From contig DASWKF010000017.1 in the NCBI GenBank assembly GCA_036396795.1, positions 111,191-175,190 of the forward strand: DNA of 64,000 bases, written 5' to 3'. The stretch's first letter is position 1, and each line of letters starts with the position of its first letter. This document shows, piece by piece, positions 53,635-63,659 of the stretch. A program made the position numbers and the translations under genes. Source of the stretch: Gammaproteobacteria bacterium. Lineage in GTDB: Bacteria; Pseudomonadota; Gammaproteobacteria; Steroidobacterales; Rariloculaceae. The notes below the pieces were generated by a model, which was not told the origin of the DNA, did no database searches, and saw only the letters and a list, made by a program, of their open reading frames with translations.

Positions 53635-54686
53635 TGAGATCTAGAGCCGACTCGAATTTCACCACGATCGACGCACGCGTCCGGGTGCTCGGGTTGCTGC
53701 TCGCCTTGTGCTCGTTGCCCGCCGCAGCGGTTGAGATCAAGGTGGCCTCGGTCGCCCCGGACGGCTCCACTTGGATGCGCGAAATGCGAGGCGGCGGCGA
53801 CGAGATTCGGCGGCGAACCGATGGCCGCGTCGAGTTCAAGTTCTATCCGGGCGGCGTCATGGGCAGCGATTCCCAGGTCATGCGAAAGATTCGTGTCGGA
53901 CAGCTGCATGGCGGCGCCTTCGCCAGCGGCGGTTTCGGTGAGCGCTATACCGCGCTCAACGTCTACGGCATCCCGCTGCTGTTTCGCTCGCTCGAGGAAG
54001 TCGATTACGTTCGCCAGCACCTCGATCCGGTGCTTGCTGCAGGCTTGGAGAACGCGGGCTTCGTCAGTTTCGGTTTCATCGAAGGCGGCTTCGCGCAAAT
54101 CATGGCGAACGAGCCGATCCGCACCGTAGAGGACATGCGGCGGCAAAAGTTCTGGATACCGGAGGGAGATCCGATCAGCTTCATGGTTCTGGAGGCAATG
54201 GGGCTGTCGCCGGTGATTTTGCCGCCAACCGACGTGCTCACGGGATTGCAAACCGGCCTGCTCGAAATCGTGGCCGCTTCACCGATCGTCGCATTGGTGC
54301 TCCAGTGGCACACGAAGATGCGCTATGTCACGGACTTGCCGATTGCCTACAGCGTCGGCGTGTTTGCGATCGATAAGCGCGTCTTCGACCGCCTGGCGGA
54401 GGAGGACCGGCGGATCGTGTCCGAGACCATGAGTCGGGTCATGCGCGAGCTGGACAGTGTGGCAAGAGAAGACGACCGCGAAGCCCGGCGCGTGTTGGAG
54501 CAATCGGGCCTTAAGTTTGTCGACGTCAACCAGGGCGATATTTCGGGTTGGCGCGAGACCATAGAAAGCCTCTATCCGGCGCTGCGTGCCCGCAGGGACA
54601 TCGACCCGGCATTGTTCGACCGCTTGCTGGCTCTGCTTTCTGAATATCGCGGAGAGGCCTCGGTCCCGCCGCATTCGGCGCGGTAG
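53634..54686 (+). CDS. TRAP transporter substrate-binding protein (DctP family)
   Basis: Signal peptide. IKVASVAPDGSTWMREM... and FYPGGVMGSDSQVMRKIRVGQL are typical of DctP. The start overlaps the TatT stop (TGATG). Confidence 0.85.
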   Translation: MRSRADSNFTTIDARVRVLGLLLALCSLPAAAVEIKVASVAPDGSTWMREMRGGGDEIRRRTDGRVEFKFYPGGVMGSDSQVMRKIRVGQLHGGAFASGGFGERYTALNVYGIPLLFRSLEEVDYVRQHLDPVLAAGLENAGFVSFGFIEGGFAQIMANEPIRTVEDMRRQKFWIPEGDPISFMVLEAMGLSPVILPPTDVLTGLQTGLLEIVAASPIVALVLQWHTKMRYVTDLPIAYSVGVFAIDKRVFDRLAEEDRRIVSETMSRVMRELDSVAREDDREARRVLEQSGLKFVDVNQGDISGWRETIESLYPALRARRDIDPALFDRLLALLSEYRGEASVPPHSAR

Positions 54687-54716
54687 CGCCGGCGTCGCGC
54701 ACGCGAAGAGACCGGC

Positions 54717-55208
54717 GTGAGCCGCAAGTTCCGCCGTTGGCTCGACCGATCGGACCGGATCGCAAGGGCCGTGGAGAACGCGCTGCTCGTGTTGCTGCTG
54801 ACCGGGCTTTCGCTGCTGGCATGCTCGCAGATCTTCCTGCGCAACGCCTTATCCATGAGCTTGCCGTGGGGCGACGAGCTCGTTCGCCTGCTCGTGCTCT
54901 GGCTCGCGATGCTCGGCGCGATTGCGGCGAGTCGCGACGACCGACAAATCCACATCGATCTCCTGTCCCGCCTCCTCCCGAGCGCCTGGCTCAGCTTCTC
55001 AAACGCCGCCGCTGCCGCTTTCACGGCGGTCGTTTGCATGCTTTTGACCTGGCAGTCATGGCGCTTCGTACAGGACTCGCGTGAGTTCGGCGACCGTATG
55101 CTCGGCGAATGGCCGGCATGGGTCCTGCAACTGATTCTGCCGATCGGCTTCGCGCTGATCGCATATCGCTATGTCGTGCGTATGACCAAGACCTTGAACC
55201 GCCCCTGA
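54717..55208 (+). CDS. TRAP transporter small permease (DctQ family)
   Basis: 163 aa, 4 TM, with the WGDELVRLLVLWLAMLGA motif. Confidence 0.8.
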   Translation: MSRKFRRWLDRSDRIARAVENALLVLLLTGLSLLACSQIFLRNALSMSLPWGDELVRLLVLWLAMLGAIAASRDDRQIHIDLLSRLLPSAWLSFSNAAAAAFTAVVCMLLTWQSWRFVQDSREFGDRMLGEWPAWVLQLILPIGFALIAYRYVVRMTKTLNRP

Positions 55209-55212
55209 CGAT

Positions 55213-56466
55213 ATGCTGACGGCCATCCTTCTTATCGTCGTTGCGTTGCTCGGTGCGCCATTGTTCGCGGTGATCGCCGCGAGCGCCATGCTGGGTTTCC
55301 ACCGTGCCGAGATCGATCTGTCGATCGTCGCGATCGAGTTTTTCGGTCTCGCGGAGATGCCCATCCTGGTCGCGATACCGCTGTTCACGTTTGCGGGATT
55401 TCTGCTGAGCGAGAGCCGCTCGCCGCAGCGGCTCGTGAGGTTGTCGCAAGCGCTGCTCGGCTGGCTGCCGGGCGGGCTCGCGATCATCTGTCTCGCGGCC
55501 TGCGCCCTGTTCACCGCGTTTACCGGTGCATCCGGGGTGACGATCATCGCGCTCGGCGCGCTGTTTTATCCTGCGCTGACGAGGGCAGGCTACGAGGAGC
55601 GCTTCAGTCTCGGATTGATCACGACCTCCGGCAGTCTCGGCCTGCTGTTCGCGCCTTCACTGCCGCTGATTCTGTTCGGCATAGTCGCCGGCGCGTCGAT
55701 AGACGACCTGTTTCTCGCGGGCATACTGCCAGGCCTGCTGCTGATCGTAGTTTTGGCGCTGTACAGCTATTGGAAGAACGCGACATTGCGCACACCCTGG
55801 ACGGCGGCATCGAAAGGCGAGCTGGGTGCTGCGCTTCGCGAGTCGGTCTGGGAGCTGCCGTTGCCGGTTGTCGTGCTCGGCGGCATTTACAGCGGCTATT
55901 TCGCCGTCTCCGAGGCGGCGGCCGTGACGGTGCTCTACGTCTTCATCGTCGAGGTGCTGATCCTGCGCGAGATACCGTGGCGGCGTCTTCCCGAGGTCAT
56001 GCGCGAATCGATGGTGCTCGTCGGGGCGATCTTCATGATACTCGGCGTATCGCTGGCGTCGACCAACTTCATGATCGATATCGGCGTTCCGGAAAGGCTG
56101 TTTGCCTTGATCGGCGACTACGTGACAAGCCAGGCTTCCTTTCTTTTCGCCTTGATCGTTTTCTTGCTGATCCTGGGTGCGATTCTGGACATATTCTCGG
56201 CTTTGGTGCTCGTAGTGCCGTTGATTTTGCCGGTGGCGACGCGATATGGGATCGACCCGATACATCTTGGTATATTGTTCCTTGCGACCATGGAACTCGG
56301 CTACCTGACGCCGCCGGTAGGACTGAACTTGTTCATCTCCAGCTTTAGATTCGAGCGCAGTATCGCTTCGATCTATCGGGCAACCCTGCCTTTCTTCGCA
56401 GTGCTGCTGATTGCGGTGTTCTTGATCGCCTATATTCCTTCCTTGTCGCTGATACTGGTGCGCTGA
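55213..56466 (+). CDS. TRAP transporter large permease (DctM family)
   Basis: 417 aa polytopic protein following DctQ by 4 nt. Confidence 0.9.
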   Translation: MLTAILLIVVALLGAPLFAVIAASAMLGFHRAEIDLSIVAIEFFGLAEMPILVAIPLFTFAGFLLSESRSPQRLVRLSQALLGWLPGGLAIICLAACALFTAFTGASGVTIIALGALFYPALTRAGYEERFSLGLITTSGSLGLLFAPSLPLILFGIVAGASIDDLFLAGILPGLLLIVVLALYSYWKNATLRTPWTAASKGELGAALRESVWELPLPVVVLGGIYSGYFAVSEAAAVTVLYVFIVEVLILREIPWRRLPEVMRESMVLVGAIFMILGVSLASTNFMIDIGVPERLFALIGDYVTSQASFLFALIVFLLILGAILDIFSALVLVVPLILPVATRYGIDPIHLGILFLATMELGYLTPPVGLNLFISSFRFERSIASIYRATLPFFAVLLIAVFLIAYIPSLSLILVR

Positions 56467-56525
56467 GCGGACATGCCGACTTGCGGGCGCTGTCTCGGAA
56501 TCGGGATTTCTTCGGAGGGCTGAGA

Positions 56526-58379
56526 GTGGGATTGCTTAAGAAATGTCTTGGGTGGCTTTGGCGAGTGCTGGACGGCACACGCAAGGTCTTGCACCTGTTG
56601 GTGTTGTTGTTCGTGCTCCTGTTGGTGCTTGCGAGCCTCGCGCCCAACGTGCCGAGAATCCCGGCGGCAGGGGCCTTGGTGCTTGCGCCCGAGGGCGATA
56701 TCGTCGAGCAGCTGTCCGGGAACCCGCTGGAACGCGCGCTCGCCAAAGCGCGCGGTCTGCCGATTCAAGAAACGGCGCTCAAGGATCTCGTCGAAGCGAT
56801 TCGCGGCGCGAAAGACGACGATCGCGTCAAGGTTCTGGTGCTGCAGCTCGACGGCTTGACCAGTGCGGGGCTCAGCAAGCTTCAGGACCTCGCCGACGAG
56901 ATCGTGCTGTTCAAGGAGAGCGCCAAGCCTGTGGTCGCCGTCGGCGGCAGCTTCACCAGGCCGCAGTATTACCTCGCCGCGCATGCGGATGAGGTGTTCA
57001 TGCACCCGATGGGGTTCGTATACATCGACGGCTACGGCCGCTTTCAACCCTATTATCGCGAGGCGCTCGACAACCTCATGGTCGATTTTCACGTCTGGCG
57101 AGTCGGCGAATACAAATCGTTTGTCGAGCCGATCACCAGAGACGGTATGTCCGAGGAGGACAGGGAAGCGTCCGCCGAGTATCTCGCTGCTCTCTGGGAT
57201 GCCTATCAGGCGGACGTGACCGCGGCGCGCGAGCTTGCGCCGAGCACGCTGCAGCGTTACGCCGATAATGCCGCCGAGCTGCTGGCGGGGGCCGGCGGCG
57301 ACGCTGCTCGGCTCGCCGTCGATCTCGGCCTGGTCGACGAGTTGCTGACGCGCGATCTCGTCGACGAGCGCATCAAGGCGCTGATCGGCGACGACGAGGC
57401 CGAGGAGGAGGAAGGCACGGGCTATCCGCTGATCGGCGATGCCGACTACCTGCGCGCGATTCGCGCGGGCCACCTCGGCGGCGGGGACGCGGACAGCATC
57501 GCCGTGCTCGTCGCCTCCGGCACCATCCTGGACGGCATACAACCTCCGGGGACGGTCGGCGGCGATTCGACCGCGGCCTTGATCAGGGAAGCCATCGACG
57601 ACGAGCGCGTCAAGGCGCTGGTATTGCGCGTCGACAGCCCGGGCGGCAGCGCGTTTGCCTCGGAGCTCATCTTGCGTGAGCTCGAGGTTTTTCAGGCGAG
57701 CGGCCGGCCTCTGGTGGCCTCGATGAGCAGCGTCGCCGCCTCCGGCGGTTACTGGATTTCCATGGGCGCCGACGAGATCTGGGCGAGCCCGACGACGATC
57801 ACCGGATCGATCGGCGTGGGCGCGACCTTGCCGACGGTTCCGCGCGCGTTGGATTGGCTCGGCGTTCACTTCGACGGCCTGGGCACGACGAATCTCGCCG
57901 GCCAGCTCCACCTGGGCCGACCGCTCGGGCCCGACATGGCGGAGGTATTGCGGCAATCGATCGAGTTCAGCTATCAGCAGTTCATCGGCAAGGTCGCGCA
58001 GCACCGGGAGCAGGACGTCGACGGGATCGATGCCGTCGCCCGTGGCCGAGTCTGGATCGGCGCGCGGGCTCAGGAGCTCGATCTGGTCGACCGGCTCGGC
58101 AGCTTCGACGACGCGCTGGCCTCGGCTGCGGAGCTCGCGGGCCTCGCCGAGGGTGAGTACGAAACGCGCTATCTCGAGCAGGAGCTCGGTTTCGCCGAGC
58201 AGCTGGCGCTGGACCTCGTCGGCGTGGCGGAGCCTTTGGTTCGTGCGCTGCCCGAGGGGCCGCTGTTCTCACAGGAGTTTCGGCAGCTGCTCGACATCGC
58301 CGCGCGGCCGTTCACCTGGGTCGACAAGCTCAACGATCCGCGAGGCTTGTACGCGTACTGCTTCTGCGACGTGTTGTAG
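56526..58379 (+). CDS. sppA: Signal peptide peptidase SppA, 67K type
   Basis: GTG 56526 after GGAGGG. N-terminal TM and a duplicated ClpP/crotonase-like S49 domain (VLRVDSPGGSAFASE, SMSSVAASGGYW). Confidence 0.9.
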   Translation: MGLLKKCLGWLWRVLDGTRKVLHLLVLLFVLLLVLASLAPNVPRIPAAGALVLAPEGDIVEQLSGNPLERALAKARGLPIQETALKDLVEAIRGAKDDDRVKVLVLQLDGLTSAGLSKLQDLADEIVLFKESAKPVVAVGGSFTRPQYYLAAHADEVFMHPMGFVYIDGYGRFQPYYREALDNLMVDFHVWRVGEYKSFVEPITRDGMSEEDREASAEYLAALWDAYQADVTAARELAPSTLQRYADNAAELLAGAGGDAARLAVDLGLVDELLTRDLVDERIKALIGDDEAEEEEGTGYPLIGDADYLRAIRAGHLGGGDADSIAVLVASGTILDGIQPPGTVGGDSTAALIREAIDDERVKALVLRVDSPGGSAFASELILRELEVFQASGRPLVASMSSVAASGGYWISMGADEIWASPTTITGSIGVGATLPTVPRALDWLGVHFDGLGTTNLAGQLHLGRPLGPDMAEVLRQSIEFSYQQFIGKVAQHREQDVDGIDAVARGRVWIGARAQELDLVDRLGSFDDALASAAELAGLAEGEYETRYLEQELGFAEQLALDLVGVAEPLVRALPEGPLFSQEFRQLLDIAARPFTWVDKLNDPRGLYAYCFCDVL

Positions 58380-58387
58380 CTTGCGGG

Positions 58388-58756
58388 ATGCGCCTCGATC
58401 GTTGGCTCTGGTGCGCGCGGTTCTTCAAGACGCGCAGCCTGGCGAGCGAGGCGATCCAGGGCGGTCACGTCAGGGTCGCGGGCAGGCGAAGCAAGGCGTC
58501 CAAGGAGGTCGCGGTCGGCGACGAGCTCACGATCGTGAAGGGCCCGGAATCGTGGGTAGTGGTCGTCACGGTGCTGCCCGAGCGACGTGGGCCCGCGGCG
58601 GAAGCGAGGCGGCTCTACGTCGAGGATCCGGCATCGGTCGAGCGCCGCGAGCTCGCCCGGCGCGACCGGCGCGAATCGAGCGCGCGGCCGCCGACTCCCG
58701 GTCGGCCGGACAAGCGCACCCGGCGCCTGATCCGCGGCCAGCGACGCAAAGCCTGA
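58388..58756 (+). CDS. hslR: Ribosome-associated heat shock protein Hsp15 (S4 RNA-binding domain)
   Basis: MRLDRWLWCARFFKTRSLA...GGHVRV and a basic C-terminal tail. Confidence 0.85.
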   Translation: MRLDRWLWCARFFKTRSLASEAIQGGHVRVAGRRSKASKEVAVGDELTIVKGPESWVVVVTVLPERRGPAAEARRLYVEDPASVERRELARRDRRESSARPPTPGRPDKRTRRLIRGQRRKA

Positions 58757-58789
58757 TGCGCCGTCGCAGCCGCCAGGCGGTACCCTCAC

Positions 58790-59305
58790 TCAGTCTTCGA
58801 TCAGCAGGATCTCGGAGTTCTTGGGGTAGTCGTAATAGGCGAGCACGGCCCCGGCCTCAGGCAGCCGGCCCCAATGGCTCGTGTCGAAGTCCCCGGCGAC
58901 GACGCTGGTCGTGGGGAGGTTGTCGAGCTTGAGCTCCGGAAACAGGCGGTTGGCCAGATCCGTGAGCCCCGGATTGTGGCCGAAGAGCATCAGGTCGGAG
59001 AAGTCGTCCTGTTGCTCGCATATGACCGCGATCGCTTCGTCCGGGCTCGCCAGATAGAGCTGTTGCTCGAGATGCAGGAATTCGAGCGGGTAGCCGAGGA
59101 TCCCGGCGATCGTTTTCGCCGTCGCCTGGGCGCGAAGGGCCGGGCTGGAAACGATTAACGACGGACGCGCCTTGCGGGCGAGCAGGCGGGTCCCCATCTT
59201 GCGCGCGTCTCGCTCGCCGCGGTCGGAAAGCGGGCGGTCTCGATCAGCCGCCGCGTTCGACGTCCAGCTCGACTTCGCGTGGCGAACCAGGGTCAGGCGT
59301 TTCAT
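58790..59305 (-). CDS. sixA: Phosphohistidine phosphatase SixA / histidine phosphatase family
   Basis: LTLVRHAKS (RHG-type motif) and LFGHNPG. Confidence 0.8.
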   Translation of the reverse strand: MKRLTLVRHAKSSWTSNAAADRDRPLSDRGERDARKMGTRLLARKARPSLIVSSPALRAQATAKTIAGILGYPLEFLHLEQQLYLASPDEAIAVICEQQDDFSDLMLFGHNPGLTDLANRLFPELKLDNLPTTSVVAGDFDTSHWGRLPEAGAVLAYYDYPKNSEILLIED

Positions 59306-59314
59306 GCCGCGAGT

Positions 59315-59866
59315 TTAGAGCAAACCGGCTTCGAGTTGCGCCTCTTCCGACATCATCGAGCGATTCCATGGCGGGTCGAACACCAGCTCCACCTCCGCAC
59401 GATGGATGGTCGGAATGATCTCGATTTTCTCGCGCACGTCCTCGGTGAGTATCGGACCCATGCCGCAGCCCGGCGCCGTCAGCGTAATGTCGATGTGCAC
59501 GATGCGCTTGCCGTCCTCGTCGCGACCGAGCTCGCAGCGGTAAACGAGGCCGAGATCGACGATATTGATTGGAATCTCGGGATCGAAGCAGGTCTTGAGC
59601 TGCTGCCAGATGACGCTCTCGAGCTCCTTTTCAGTCGGATCCGCGGAAACTTCGGGCGCCCGGATCGGATCCTTGCCGATGGCATCGGCGTCGGTGCCGG
59701 CAACGCGGAACAGATTACCTTCGATATATACCGTGAAGCTGCCGCCGAGCGCCTGCGTGATGAATCCGGTCGCTCCTTCGGGAAGCCTGACATCTTCCCC
59801 CGACGGGATCAAAGTCGCCGGGCACTCACGCGAGACAACCACGGGTTCGCTGCCTGGGTAGTACAC
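59315..59866 (-). CDS. sufT: Putative Fe-S cluster assembly protein SufT (DUF59 domain)
   Basis: 183 aa. DPEIPINIVDLGLVY...ITLTAPGCGMG is the DUF59/MIP18 motif. It is the last gene of the suf operon. Confidence 0.8.
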   Translation of the reverse strand: MYYPGSEPVVVSRECPATLIPSGEDVRLPEGATGFITQALGGSFTVYIEGNLFRVAGTDADAIGKDPIRAPEVSADPTEKELESVIWQQLKTCFDPEIPINIVDLGLVYRCELGRDEDGKRIVHIDITLTAPGCGMGPILTEDVREKIEIIPTIHRAEVELVFDPPWNRSMMSEEAQLEAGLL

Positions 59867-59869
59867 GCG

Positions 59870-60322
59870 TCACTCCGTGGATACGCTGTCGTCGGGGCCC
59901 GTGAGCGCGGTTCTCATGGCGTGCCAACTGAGGCTTGCGCACTTGACCCGGCTTGGGAACTCTCGCACGCCGGACAGCGCCGCAAGCTTGCCGAGCTCAT
60001 CCAGGTCCTCGGGGGCGTCGGAGCCCTTGGTCAACATGCCGTGAACCTTGTCGAACAGCTCGAGGCTTTCCGAGATCGTGCTGCCCTTGATCCTCTCGGT
60101 CATGAGGGACGATGACGCGACCGAGATCGCGCAGCCGGTCCCTTTGAAACGGATGTCCTCGACGCGATCGCCGTCGAGCTTGACGTAGAGAGTCACACGG
60201 TCGCCGCAAAGAGGGTTCACGCCTTCGATTATGCGATCGGCCGGCTCCAGCTCGCCAAAATTGCGCGGTTGCCGGTTGTGGTCGAGGATGACTTCGCGGT
60301 AGAGGTCTTGCAATTCGCTCAA
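59870..60322 (-). CDS. sufU: SufU/NifU-type Fe-S assembly sulfurtransferase/scaffold
   Basis: The 3' part of ORF 59870-60892. TTG 60322 overlaps the sufS TGA (TTGA). NPLCGD, GTGCAIS and VKCASLSW cysteine motifs. Confidence 0.8.
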   Translation of the reverse strand: MSELQDLYREVILDHNRQPRNFGELEPADRIIEGVNPLCGDRVTLYVKLDGDRVEDIRFKGTGCAISVASSSLMTERIKGSTISESLELFDKVHGMLTKGSDAPEDLDELGKLAALSGVREFPSRVKCASLSWHAMRTALTGPDDSVSTE

Positions 60323-61581
60323 GCGAAAAACTCCAGTGCGCGCTTCAATCCCTCGACGAGACGATCCACGTCGTCGCGATTGTTGTAGAACGCAAACGAT
60401 GCGCGCGCCGTGGCCGGGATCTTGAAATGATCCATTACGGGCATGGCGCAATGGTGACCCGTGCGGACCGCAACGCCTTCCCGGTCGAGTATCGTGCCCA
60501 GGTCGTGCGCGTGAATGCCGCCGAGCAGGAAGGACACGATACCTGCCTTCTCGCGGGCTTCTCCAATAATGCGGATCTCCGGAAGCTTGATCAGCTCCTG
60601 TGTCGCATATTCGAGCAGCTCGTCCTCGTAGCGGCTGCGGGACTCGAAATCGATGCCCGCGAGGTAGTCGATCGTCGCGCCGAGCCCGATCGCCCCGGTA
60701 ATGTGCGGCGTGCCGGCCTCGAACTTGTAGGGGAGGGCGTTGTAAGTCGTCGCCTCGAAGCTGACTGTGCGAATCATCTCGCCGCCGCCCTGATAGGGGG
60801 GCATGGTCTCGAGCAGTTGCGTCTTGCCGTACAAGACGCCGATTCCCGTCGGGCCGAACATCTTGTGACTGGAAAAGGCGTAGAAGTCGCAATCCACAGC
60901 CCGCACGTCGATTTGCAGGTGCGGCGCCGCCTGCGCGCCGTCGATGAGCACTACGGCGCCGGCCGCATGCGCTTTGGCCGTCAGTTCCTCGACGGGATTG
61001 ATGGTGCCGAGCGCGTTGGACACGTGCCCGAAAGCGACGATCTTGGTGCGACGGCTGAGGCGACTTTCGAAAGCGGGCAGGTCGAGCTCCCCGCGTGGGG
61101 TGATCGGCGCGGGCACCACGCGGGCGCCGGTTTTCTCGCAGATGAGCTGCCAGGGCACGATATTGGAGTGATGCTCCATCGTGGTCAAGAGCACTTCATC
61201 GCCGGCCTCGAGCAGCTGACCGCCGAGGCTCGAAGCGACGAGGTTGATGGACTCCGTGGTGCCGCGCGTGAAGATGATCTCGTGCGAGGCTGCCGCGTTG
61301 ATGAAGCGCCTGACCTTTTCGCGAGCGCCTTCGTAGGCCGCCGTGGACCGTTGGCTCAGCTCGTGAACACCTCGATGGACGTTGGCGTGATTGCGTTGCT
61401 CCTGCTCGACCATCGCATCGATGACTGCGCGAGGTCGTTGCGCCGATGCTGCGCTGTCGAGGTACACGAGTGGCTTTCCGGCGATCTCTTGGTCCAATAT
61501 CGGGAAGTCCGCCCGCAAAGACGCGATGTCCTTGATCAGACCTCCAGGATTCCGTGCGGGGATTCTCGGGACGCTGCTCAT
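60319..61581 (-). CDS. sufS: Cysteine desulfurase SufS
   Basis: ATG 61581 overlaps the sufD stop (ATGA). LDSAASAQRP, HANVHRG, FSSHKMFGPTGIG (PLP Lys) and RTGHHCA (active-site Cys) motifs. Confidence 0.9.
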   Translation of the reverse strand: MSSVPRIPARNPGGLIKDIASLRADFPILDQEIAGKPLVYLDSAASAQRPRAVIDAMVEQEQRNHANVHRGVHELSQRSTAAYEGAREKVRRFINAAASHEIIFTRGTTESINLVASSLGGQLLEAGDEVLLTTMEHHSNIVPWQLICEKTGARVVPAPITPRGELDLPAFESRLSRRTKIVAFGHVSNALGTINPVEELTAKAHAAGAVVLIDGAQAAPHLQIDVRAVDCDFYAFSSHKMFGPTGIGVLYGKTQLLETMPPYQGGGEMIRTVSFEATTYNALPYKFEAGTPHITGAIGLGATIDYLAGIDFESRSRYEDELLEYATQELIKLPEIRIIGEAREKAGIVSFLLGGIHAHDLGTILDREGVAVRTGHHCAMPVMDHFKIPATARASFAFYNNRDDVDRLVEGLKRALEFFA

Positions 61582-62888
61582 GGCGCGGGATTCCATTGCA
61601 GGTCCTCGGGAAGCTCCAGGTCCAGCTTGTCGGTGAGCCGGCGCTGCAAGCCGGTAATCGACGCACGCGACAGGATCTCGTTGGCGAATGCGAGCGTCAG
61701 CAGACCTCTCGCGGCGGGATCTGCGATGCCGCGACTCTTGAGATAGAACAATTGCTCTTCGTCGAGCTCGCCGACAGTGGCGCCGTGTGCGCACTTGACG
61801 TCGTCGGCATAGATCTCGAGCTCCGGCTTGGTGTCGATCTCGCCGCGATCGGACAATAGCAGGTTGTCGCTGGTCTGGCGCGCGTCGATGCCGCGCGTCT
61901 GCTTGTGAACGATCACCTTGCCGTTGAAAACGCCGCGCCCGTGCTCGCCGATGATGCTGCGGAACACCTCCCGGCTTCGCGTCGACGATGCGCAGTGATC
62001 GACGCGCAGATGATTGTCGACATGCTGCCCGCCCGTAGCGACGAAGAGCCCGGCAAGGTCGCAGCCCGCCTCCGGTTCCCGGAGCTTGATCTGCACGTCG
62101 TTGCGCACGAGCTTCCCGCCGAGGTCGATGTAAGTGATGTCGAGCTGGGCGCCCGCGGCCAAATCTGCTTCGAGCAGCTCGGTGTGCAAGTGCTCCGGGC
62201 CGTGGTCTTGAAGGCGCGTCAAGGTCAGCCCGGCGCCCGCCTGCATGGAGATGCGCGTCAACGCGTTGGTCCAACCGGACGATGCGCCGGTGCCGAGGTA
62301 GTGCTGCACGAGTGTCGCGCGGGCATCGCGGCCGATATCGATTTGCAGTCTCGGCTGCGGCGCCTGCGAAGGGCGGTCGCTGTCGATGAGCAGCAAATGG
62401 ATCGGCTGCTCGACGATCGTCCCTTCGCCGAGCCGCAGCCACGCCCCCTGGGACGCGAAAGCCATGTTCAGCGCCGCCAGCGGCGGTGAGTCACCGCGCA
62501 TTTGCAGCGCCGCGGGGTCGAGATCGTCCCAGGACTCGCCGAGGTTCGAAAGCGTCGCGCCTCGCGGCAGGCCGCCGGACGCCCGGTCGACGATCAGGTG
62601 GCCGTCGACGAACAGCAGCCACAGGGAGCCCGTCTTGAGACCGGCCGTTGCGATCAGCCTTGCATACGCGTCCGGGCTCGCGTCATCGGGCCGCGTCGGC
62701 AGCAGATCGAAGGACGCCTCCGAGAGCGCACGCAGGTCCGTATAGCGCCAGTCCTCGAGCTTCCTCGAAGGGAATCCCGCGCCGCTGAAGGCGTTCATCG
62801 CCGCCTCGCGTGCCGCCTGAACGGCCGCCGACCCCGGCAGTCGGGAGAGATTCTGCCGCAGTCGATCCGTGAGCTCCTGGGGGGTCAT
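61578..62888 (-). CDS. sufD: Fe-S cluster assembly protein SufD
   Basis: 436 aa. The beta-helix C-terminal block ...VKCAHGATVGELDEEQLFYLKSRGI... is typical of SufD. Confidence 0.9.
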   Translation of the reverse strand: MTPQELTDRLRQNLSRLPGSAAVQAAREAAMNAFSGAGFPSRKLEDWRYTDLRALSEASFDLLPTRPDDASPDAYARLIATAGLKTGSLWLLFVDGHLIVDRASGGLPRGATLSNLGESWDDLDPAALQMRGDSPPLAALNMAFASQGAWLRLGEGTIVEQPIHLLLIDSDRPSQAPQPRLQIDIGRDARATLVQHYLGTGASSGWTNALTRISMQAGAGLTLTRLQDHGPEHLHTELLEADLAAGAQLDITYIDLGGKLVRNDVQIKLREPEAGCDLAGLFVATGGQHVDNHLRVDHCASSTRSREVFRSIIGEHGRGVFNGKVIVHKQTRGIDARQTSDNLLLSDRGEIDTKPELEIYADDVKCAHGATVGELDEEQLFYLKSRGIADPAARGLLTLAFANEILSRASITGLQRRLTDKLDLELPEDLQWNPAP

Positions 62889-63640
62889 GCCGGTTCCGCT
62901 TGCTGTTGAATCCAGTCGTAGCCGTGCTCGTCGAGCTCCCGCGCCAGCGTTCGATCGCCGGACTTGACGATGCGGCCTCGGCTCAGCACGTGCACGTAGT
63001 CCGGCTCGATGAGCTCCAGCAAGCGCTCGTAGTGAGTGACGAGGATCATCGAGCGCTGCGGGTCACGGGCGCTGTTGACGGCCTTGGCGACGACCTTGAG
63101 CGCGTCGACGTCGAGCCCGGAATCGGTTTCGTCGAGCACCGCAAGACGTGGTTGCAGGGTAAGCATCTGCAAGATCTCGTTGCGCTTTTTCTCACCGCCG
63201 GAAAAACCGGCGTTGACGCTGCGCGAGAGAAAATCCTTGGGAATCTGCATGAATTCCATATGCTGCTTGATCAAGCGCATGAACTCGAACGCATCGACCG
63301 CGGGCTCGCCGCGAGACTTTTTCTGAGCATTGAGCGCCGCCTTGAGCAGATAGGCGTTGTTGACGCCGGGGATCTCGATCGGATACTGAAAGGCGAGAAA
63401 CAGGCCGGCCCGGGCGCGTTCCTCGGGCGACATGGAGAGCAGATCGGCGTCGAGAAACCGGACGGTACCGCTTGTGACCTCGTAGTCCGGGCGCCCCGCG
63501 AGCACTTGCGCGAGCGTGCTTTTCCCCGAGCCGTTCGGGCCCATGATGGCGTGCACTTCCCCGGCGCCCACCGACAACGACAAGCCGTCGAGGATCTCAT
63601 GGCCTTGAACGCTAACATGCAGTGAATTTATCTCGAGCAT
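62885..63640 (-). CDS. sufC: Fe-S cluster assembly ATPase SufC
   Basis: ATG 63640 after AAGGGAG. GPNGSGKSTL, FSGGEKKRNEILQ and LDETDSGLD motifs. The stop overlaps the sufD start by 4 nt. Confidence 0.95.
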   Translation of the reverse strand: MLEINSLHVSVQGHEILDGLSLSVGAGEVHAIMGPNGSGKSTLAQVLAGRPDYEVTSGTVRFLDADLLSMSPEERARAGLFLAFQYPIEIPGVNNAYLLKAALNAQKKSRGEPAVDAFEFMRLIKQHMEFMQIPKDFLSRSVNAGFSGGEKKRNEILQMLTLQPRLAVLDETDSGLDVDALKVVAKAVNSARDPQRSMILVTHYERLLELIEPDYVHVLSRGRIVKSGDRTLARELDEHGYDWIQQQAEPA

Positions 63641-63659
63641 TGCGCAGCAAACTCCCTTG

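Noticed and set aside
61582-62442. 5' extension of the sufS ORF (707-aa version) and of the sufU ORF (59870-60892, 340-aa version)
   Set aside because: The extensions overlap sufD and sufS respectively in other frames and translate to Arg/Pro-rich nonsense. The conserved SufS and SufU sequences begin at ATG 61581 and TTG 60322, both with classic stop/start overlaps.
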